From an uncultured Candidatus Saccharibacteria bacterium (GTDB taxonomy: Bacteria; Patescibacteriota; Saccharimonadia; CAILAD01; BJGX01): DNA of 64,000 nt. The DNA lies in contig CAYRNO010000001.1 of assembly GCA_964425715.1 (NCBI GenBank), positions 10,645 through 74,644 of the forward strand, in the 5' to 3' direction. A model generated the notes under the pieces. That model was not told the DNA's origin, did no database searches, and worked only from the letters and a program-made list of their open reading frames with translations. This document shows positions 58,942 through 64,000 of this stretch, one piece after another (position 1 is the stretch's first letter; each line of letters begins with the position of its first letter). A program made the translations under genes and the position numbers.

Positions 58942-59937
58942 ATGAAATCCAAACTAAAATCAATTACAGATGAATATTTGATAGAAGCAATAACTGCTTT
59001 TGATAAAGCTACAACTAAGATGCAGTTAGATCAAGCTAAAGCTAAATATTTGGGAATAAAAAGCGTACTTGTTGAAGAGCTTAAAATGATTCCTCAAATA
59101 AATATAAATGATAGGGCAGAGGTCGGTAAATTACTAAATGATCGAAGGAACGAACTGAACAATCTGTATCGGCAGGCAGTTGATAAGAGTAGTGAAGAAA
59201 CAAGTGATTATTCAATAGACATGAGTAGACCTTTTACACCTGAAGAATATAGCTATGGTCATTCACATCCTACAAGCAGAGTACTGGAGCAGACTTTTGA
59301 AATATTTACGCGATTAGGATTTGCGATAATAGACAGTGAAGAGATAGAAACTGATTGGTATAATTTTGAAGCACTGAATATGCCGAAAGAACATCCTGCT
59401 CGTGATATGCAAGATACCTTTTATATAGATAATGGTAAGATGAATCTACTACCTAGATCTCATACATCAGGGATGCAAGTTCGTTTTATGGAGGATAATA
59501 AGCCGCCTTACAAGATAATAGTACCCGGAAGAGTGTTTCGTAATGAAGATGAAGATGCCACACATGCCTGGATATTTAATCAAGTAGAGGGATTGGTAGT
59601 GGGGGAGGGTGTATCGATGTCGGATCTTAAGGGTACTCTCCTAGAGGTAGTTAGGGGGTTACTAGGTCCAGATGTAAATATAAGATTTAGGGCGAGCTAC
59701 TTTCCATACACAGAGCCATCTGTAGAGCTCGACTGTAAATACAAAGGGAAGTGGCTCGAGCTAGGTGGGGCAGGGATGGTACACCCTCAAGTCCTTAGAA
59801 ATGGTGGTGTAGATCCGGATAAATACACTGGTTTTGCGTTTGGTTGGGGTGCAGAAAGATTTGCAGTAATAAAATATGGACTCAATGACTTGCGTGAACT
59901 TTGGCGACCTAGATTTGACTTCTTGGAGCAATTTTAA
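58942..59937 (+). CDS. pheS: Phenylalanine--tRNA ligase alpha subunit
   Basis: NFEALNMPKEHPARDMQDTFY, FNQVEGL, YFPYTEPS, GFAFGWGAER. Confidence 0.98.
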   Translation: MKSKLKSITDEYLIEAITAFDKATTKMQLDQAKAKYLGIKSVLVEELKMIPQININDRAEVGKLLNDRRNELNNLYRQAVDKSSEETSDYSIDMSRPFTPEEYSYGHSHPTSRVLEQTFEIFTRLGFAIIDSEEIETDWYNFEALNMPKEHPARDMQDTFYIDNGKMNLLPRSHTSGMQVRFMEDNKPPYKIIVPGRVFRNEDEDATHAWIFNQVEGLVVGEGVSMSDLKGTLLEVVRGLLGPDVNIRFRASYFPYTEPSVELDCKYKGKWLELGGAGMVHPQVLRNGGVDPDKYTGFAFGWGAERFAVIKYGLNDLRELWRPRFDFLEQF

Positions 59938-59950
59938 ATATGTAAATATT

Positions 59951-62731
59951 ATGAGAATACCTATAAATTTAATAAATGAATACTTAAAGATTAAACTTAC
60001 TACTAATGAAGTAGTAGAGTGTTTAGAAAAAACCGAAATTGAAGTAGAAGAGATAATTGCTGCAAAAAGCCTGCATAAGAACATAGTCACTGCTAGGGTT
60101 ATAAAAATTGATAAGCATCCCAATGCAGATAGGCTGAAGTTAGTATTGCTTGGTTTGAAAGATGATAAAACTGTAAAAGTAGTGTGTGGTGCATCTAATG
60201 TAGAATTAAATCAAATGGTGGCGTATGCGAAGCCGGGTAGTGTACTCCCGGATGGGAGCAAAATAAGCAAAGCAGTAATAAGAGGTGTGAATTCTGCCGG
60301 AATGCTGTGTTCGCCTAGAGAGTTAGGTAAGTCAGATGATCATGAAGGGATAGCTGTTCTCGACCCTGACCTCCCCCATGGAATATCATTGTGCGACATA
60401 GAAGATACGCAAGATATCATAGACATTAAGACCCCCGCTAATCGCTTTGACATGCTTTCCTTCGTCGGTATCGCAAGAGAAATATCTGCAAATTCTAAAA
60501 ATAATTTATTACTAGAACCTAAAAGCGTAAATTTATTGTTTGATAAAAAAGAGCAAACAAAAATTGAAGATAAACAAATATGTAAAAGATTTATAAGTGC
60601 AAGAATAAAAATCAACAATAAAGTAAAGTCACCACAATGGCTTGTGGATAACTTATTGGCAGCAGGGATGAGGCCAATCAGTCCAGTAGTAGATATTACC
60701 AACTTTGTAATGCTAGAAACAGGACAGCCCTCTCACGCATATGATGCAAATAAATTGAAAAGTGACTTACAAGTAAGATTTGCTAAGAAAAATGAAAGAT
60801 TAATCACCCTAGATGGAAGCTCATTGGACTTAGATAAATCAGATCTAGTAATAGTAGACAAAAACAAACCTATTGGGTTAGCTGGAGTGATTGGTGGCAA
60901 AGATACGGAAACCGATGAAAAAACAGATGAGGTAATATTAGAAGTTGCCAACTTCGATAAAACTACAGTTCGTAAGGCTGCGCTTAGACATGGCATAAGG
61001 ACTGAGGCAAGTTCAAGATTTGAAAAAGGCCTTCCACTCCCCCTTCAAGAATATGCAATCAAAAGACTGATATATTTGTATAAGAAAATTTGCAAGGGCG
61101 AATTGGTAGGCGAAGTAAATGACCAACTTTATTCCTGGCCTTGGATTCAACACGTTGGTCTTAGAATTCGAAAAGCTGAAAAATTTTTAGGAATGACACT
61201 GGATGAAAAGCAAATACTAGTAGGACTCAAAAAAAGAGGATTCGAAGCAGAGCACTTCTCTATAGTAAAAGAAGCTAGAAAACATTTAGGTAAACCTTAT
61301 AAATGGGGAGCTAATTTTAAACAAGACGGCATTGATGCTTTTGACTGCGGATATTTTGTTGACTACGTTTACTCTCTGATCGGAGAAATGGTAGGCCATC
61401 AATGTTTGCAGCTTTTTGAGTCTGGACAGCCAGTAGAAGTGAAAGATCTAAAGCCTGGAGATACAGTCTTTAGAGATGGACCATGGGAAAAATTGACAAG
61501 AAAAGAAAGAAAAGGCCTTTCGCATGTCGCCATATATATTGGAAATGGGAAAATAATTCATGCTGCCGATACATATAGAGGAAAAGATGGAAAATGGAAA
61601 AAATATCCTAAAGATAAGCAAGTAGTAATCGAGGAATCAGTTGAAACTATTACTAAAGACCCAGACTATAGAGGAGCTAGAAGGTATGTTGATAATTTTA
61701 ATCACATCCTTGCAATAACAGCACCCTGGTGGCGCGAAGATGTTCGTATAGAACAAGATATCTATGAAGAAATTGCAAAAATAGTGGGTTACGATAATCT
61801 GCCTGCTACTCTCCCCTCACTTCCTCCAGAATCATATAATGAACATCAGATGATGATGAGAATGACCAAATTACGAAATTTACTTGTAGATAGAGGATTG
61901 TTTGAAGTAATGTCATATTCATTCGTTAGCCACAAACATCTGCAAAACGATAATCTAGATCAGGATAAACATCTCAAGGTAGTAAATCCATTGAGCACTG
62001 AACAAGAGTTTCTTCGCACAACCCTTATGAGTAGTCATGTGCAGATAGTAAAGAACAACACAAACTACTCACAAGATAGATTTGGATTCTTTGAAATATC
62101 AAGAGTATACGAGAAAATATCTTCAAAACATGAAAAATCGGAAAAATGGCTATTGGCAATAACGGTCGTTGGCGATGAGGGTTATGTGAAAATAAAATCT
62201 TTGCTAGATGCGTTAGATTCGAAGTACGTTTGGGATTTAAAATACGAACCATTACAGAATAATAGATATCAAAAAGGAATTGCTGCAAATATTCTAGTGG
62301 GTGAAGAATTAGTAGGAAATTATGGTCAACTAAGCAAAAACCAATTAAAGAAACATTATAAAAATCCAAGGCCAATTAGTTATTGCGAAATAGATATTGA
62401 TAGATTAGATATAAGTATGAAAGATTTCAAAGTCCAAAACATAGCAAATTATCAACTCATAAGTCGTGATGTTACCCTTGAGATAGATAATGATATTTGG
62501 TGGCAACAATTGCAAGATAGCATAAAGCTAAATGAAGAATTAAAAAAAATAGAATATATAGATGAGTTTATAAATGATGATCTTGAAAAAGCTAATAAAA
62601 AACGAATAAGTTTCAGGCTAATATTAGATCTAGGAGCTCAACCTACCAGTCAAGAAATAACGAATATTGTTGATAATATTACTAAAAATCTACTGAAAAA
62701 AGAATTATTTAAAAACTCGACAGTTATCTAA
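59951..62731 (+). CDS. pheT: Phenylalanine--tRNA ligase beta subunit with inserted NlpC/P60 domain
   Basis: HPNADRL, SAGMLCS, PANRFD, VDITNFVMLETGQP, ASSRFEKG, PWWREDV...EEIAKIVGY, NPLSTEQEFLRTTL, RDVTL; insert at 61259-61690. Confidence 0.96.
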   Translation: MRIPINLINEYLKIKLTTNEVVECLEKTEIEVEEIIAAKSLHKNIVTARVIKIDKHPNADRLKLVLLGLKDDKTVKVVCGASNVELNQMVAYAKPGSVLPDGSKISKAVIRGVNSAGMLCSPRELGKSDDHEGIAVLDPDLPHGISLCDIEDTQDIIDIKTPANRFDMLSFVGIAREISANSKNNLLLEPKSVNLLFDKKEQTKIEDKQICKRFISARIKINNKVKSPQWLVDNLLAAGMRPISPVVDITNFVMLETGQPSHAYDANKLKSDLQVRFAKKNERLITLDGSSLDLDKSDLVIVDKNKPIGLAGVIGGKDTETDEKTDEVILEVANFDKTTVRKAALRHGIRTEASSRFEKGLPLPLQEYAIKRLIYLYKKICKGELVGEVNDQLYSWPWIQHVGLRIRKAEKFLGMTLDEKQILVGLKKRGFEAEHFSIVKEARKHLGKPYKWGANFKQDGIDAFDCGYFVDYVYSLIGEMVGHQCLQLFESGQPVEVKDLKPGDTVFRDGPWEKLTRKERKGLSHVAIYIGNGKIIHAADTYRGKDGKWKKYPKDKQVVIEESVETITKDPDYRGARRYVDNFNHILAITAPWWREDVRIEQDIYEEIAKIVGYDNLPATLPSLPPESYNEHQMMMRMTKLRNLLVDRGLFEVMSYSFVSHKHLQNDNLDQDKHLKVVNPLSTEQEFLRTTLMSSHVQIVKNNTNYSQDRFGFFEISRVYEKISSKHEKSEKWLLAITVVGDEGYVKIKSLLDALDSKYVWDLKYEPLQNNRYQKGIAANILVGEELVGNYGQLSKNQLKKHYKNPRPISYCEIDIDRLDISMKDFKVQNIANYQLISRDVTLEIDNDIWWQQLQDSIKLNEELKKIEYIDEFINDDLEKANKKRISFRLILDLGAQPTSQEITNIVDNITKNLLKKELFKNSTVI

Positions 62732-62795
62732 GAATATCTAGATTTCTAGATAAATTATATTACCCTTGTTTGGTAAAAGTTGTATAATAGTTCTA

Positions 62796-64000
62796 ATGGT
62801 TCGTCACGACAAAAATAAAACTCACTCTCATTTTTTGCATTTACCAAAATTTATTTCTAAGTCTGGAATAAAGCCTAGTAAAAAAGCAAGAATCAATTTT
62901 ATAATCATATCTTTAATCCTCTTATTTTGCCTATTTGATCTGGCTATAACAGCCCTTACTATGGGAGGTATGTTCCCGGGAGTGTCAATAGCAGGTCATG
63001 ATGTGAGTTATAAGACTAGAGAACAAACCTTTGAATATCTCAAGAATCAGAAACTTCAAAGAAATTTTACAGTGCGAGTAAATGAAAAAGTTTTCAGTAC
63101 TACATCGGATGAATTGGGTGCGGGATATGATATATCCACTACTGTCGATACTGCCTATAAACTTGGTAGAAATAATTCATCACCATTATTGGGACTTTTC
63201 GACATAAAGAATCAAGGACAAATAGGCTATGCTTATAATGTTGATCAGACCAAACTAAAGAATTTTGCAGATTCGGTAATAAAATCTGTTGGTTACAGCG
63301 CACAAAATGCCTCGCTGAAAGTAGAAAATGGAACTGTGACAGTTGTGCCTGATAAGGATGGCTTGAGGGTGGATCAAAAATACCTGAATAAGATATTGTC
63401 TACATCATTGGCTGATGCAAAAGATCAAAATATAGTTTTACAGCCCCAAACTCTTAAGGCTGATATTTTGACTCAAGATACGTTGGAGGCCAAGCAACAG
63501 GCTGAAAATTTCTTGAGTAAGACTGTAACATTGAACTTTGAAGGAAAAAGCTTTGTAGCCGATAAGACTGCGATGGGATATATGGTCTCATTTAATGAGG
63601 TACCTGGTGTAAATGGAAAGCCTAAATTGCAGGCAAATATCTCAACAGACCAAGTTGCAGGATATGTACAATCAATTGCTAATCAAATAGATATCTCCCC
63701 TATCAATAAGAAAGTAGTGGTACGCAATGGTGCTGAATCTGTAGAGAGAGAAGGTAAGGATGGACGAGCTATTAATCAAAAGTCAGTAATAGATGCAATA
63801 GTAAGTGGTTTGCAAAATAATCAAAACGTAGAGGTAAACTTAACCTCAAGCCCAGTAGCATTTAAGACCGAATACAATAGAACAGTTAGCCTGGACTATA
63901 GTAGATATATTGAGATCAATCTAAGCCAACAAAGGCTATGGGCTTGGCAGGACAACCAAGTTATCTTCTCTACTCCAATCACAAGCGGTGCAACGGCGTA
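62796..64000 (+). CDS. Membrane-anchored L,D-transpeptidase (YkuD) with peptidoglycan-binding region; truncated by the window end
   Basis: TM, then FPGVSIAGHDVS; ends YIEINLSQQRLWAWQDNQVIFSTPITSGATA, the typical start of a YkuD domain. Confidence 0.8.
   Translation, partial: MVRHDKNKTHSHFLHLPKFISKSGIKPSKKARINFIIISLILLFCLFDLAITALTMGGMFPGVSIAGHDVSYKTREQTFEYLKNQKLQRNFTVRVNEKVFSTTSDELGAGYDISTTVDTAYKLGRNNSSPLLGLFDIKNQGQIGYAYNVDQTKLKNFADSVIKSVGYSAQNASLKVENGTVTVVPDKDGLRVDQKYLNKILSTSLADAKDQNIVLQPQTLKADILTQDTLEAKQQAENFLSKTVTLNFEGKSFVADKTAMGYMVSFNEVPGVNGKPKLQANISTDQVAGYVQSIANQIDISPINKKVVVRNGAESVEREGKDGRAINQKSVIDAIVSGLQNNQNVEVNLTSSPVAFKTEYNRTVSLDYSRYIEINLSQQRLWAWQDNQVIFSTPITSGATA

Noticed and set aside
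61259-61690. Intein as explanation of the PheT insert
   Set aside because: No C-terminal His-Asn followed by Cys/Ser/Thr and no Hint or LAGLIDADG motifs; the NlpC/P60 signature is clear

Overview
AT-rich bacterial chromosome segment, standard genetic code. Gene content suggests Patescibacteria/CPR (inference from the CPR-type GT2, wHTH regulator, PaaX-like protein, membrane-anchored Clp ATPase and DUF4012). Mostly housekeeping and envelope genes: thrS, argS, trpS, pheST, miaA, infC-rpmI-rplT, rplY, rpmB, smpB, murT-gatD, uppP, glycosyltransferases, UvrD-nuclease, rmuC, comM/yifB. It also holds five tRNAs, RNase P RNA, tmRNA and a 6S-like RNA. Main unusual observations: (1) PheT carries a complete NlpC/P60 cysteine-peptidase domain with an intact Cys-His-His triad inserted in its B5 domain. 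(2) A stand-alone, highly structured ~500-nt RNA with its own promoter, boxA-like element and terminator lies between trpS and pheS and matches no family I recognise. (3) A ~5.5-kb island is integrated at the tmRNA 3' end; its serine recombinase gene spans the att site, so excision would swap the enzyme's C-terminus. (4) A minimal T-box riboswitch precedes thrS. (5) A leader-peptide attenuator precedes an AlkB-like operon. (6) Several enzymes have lost their metal-binding cysteines, and leaderless genes are common. All calls come from reading the sequence by eye; no database searches or folding programs were run.
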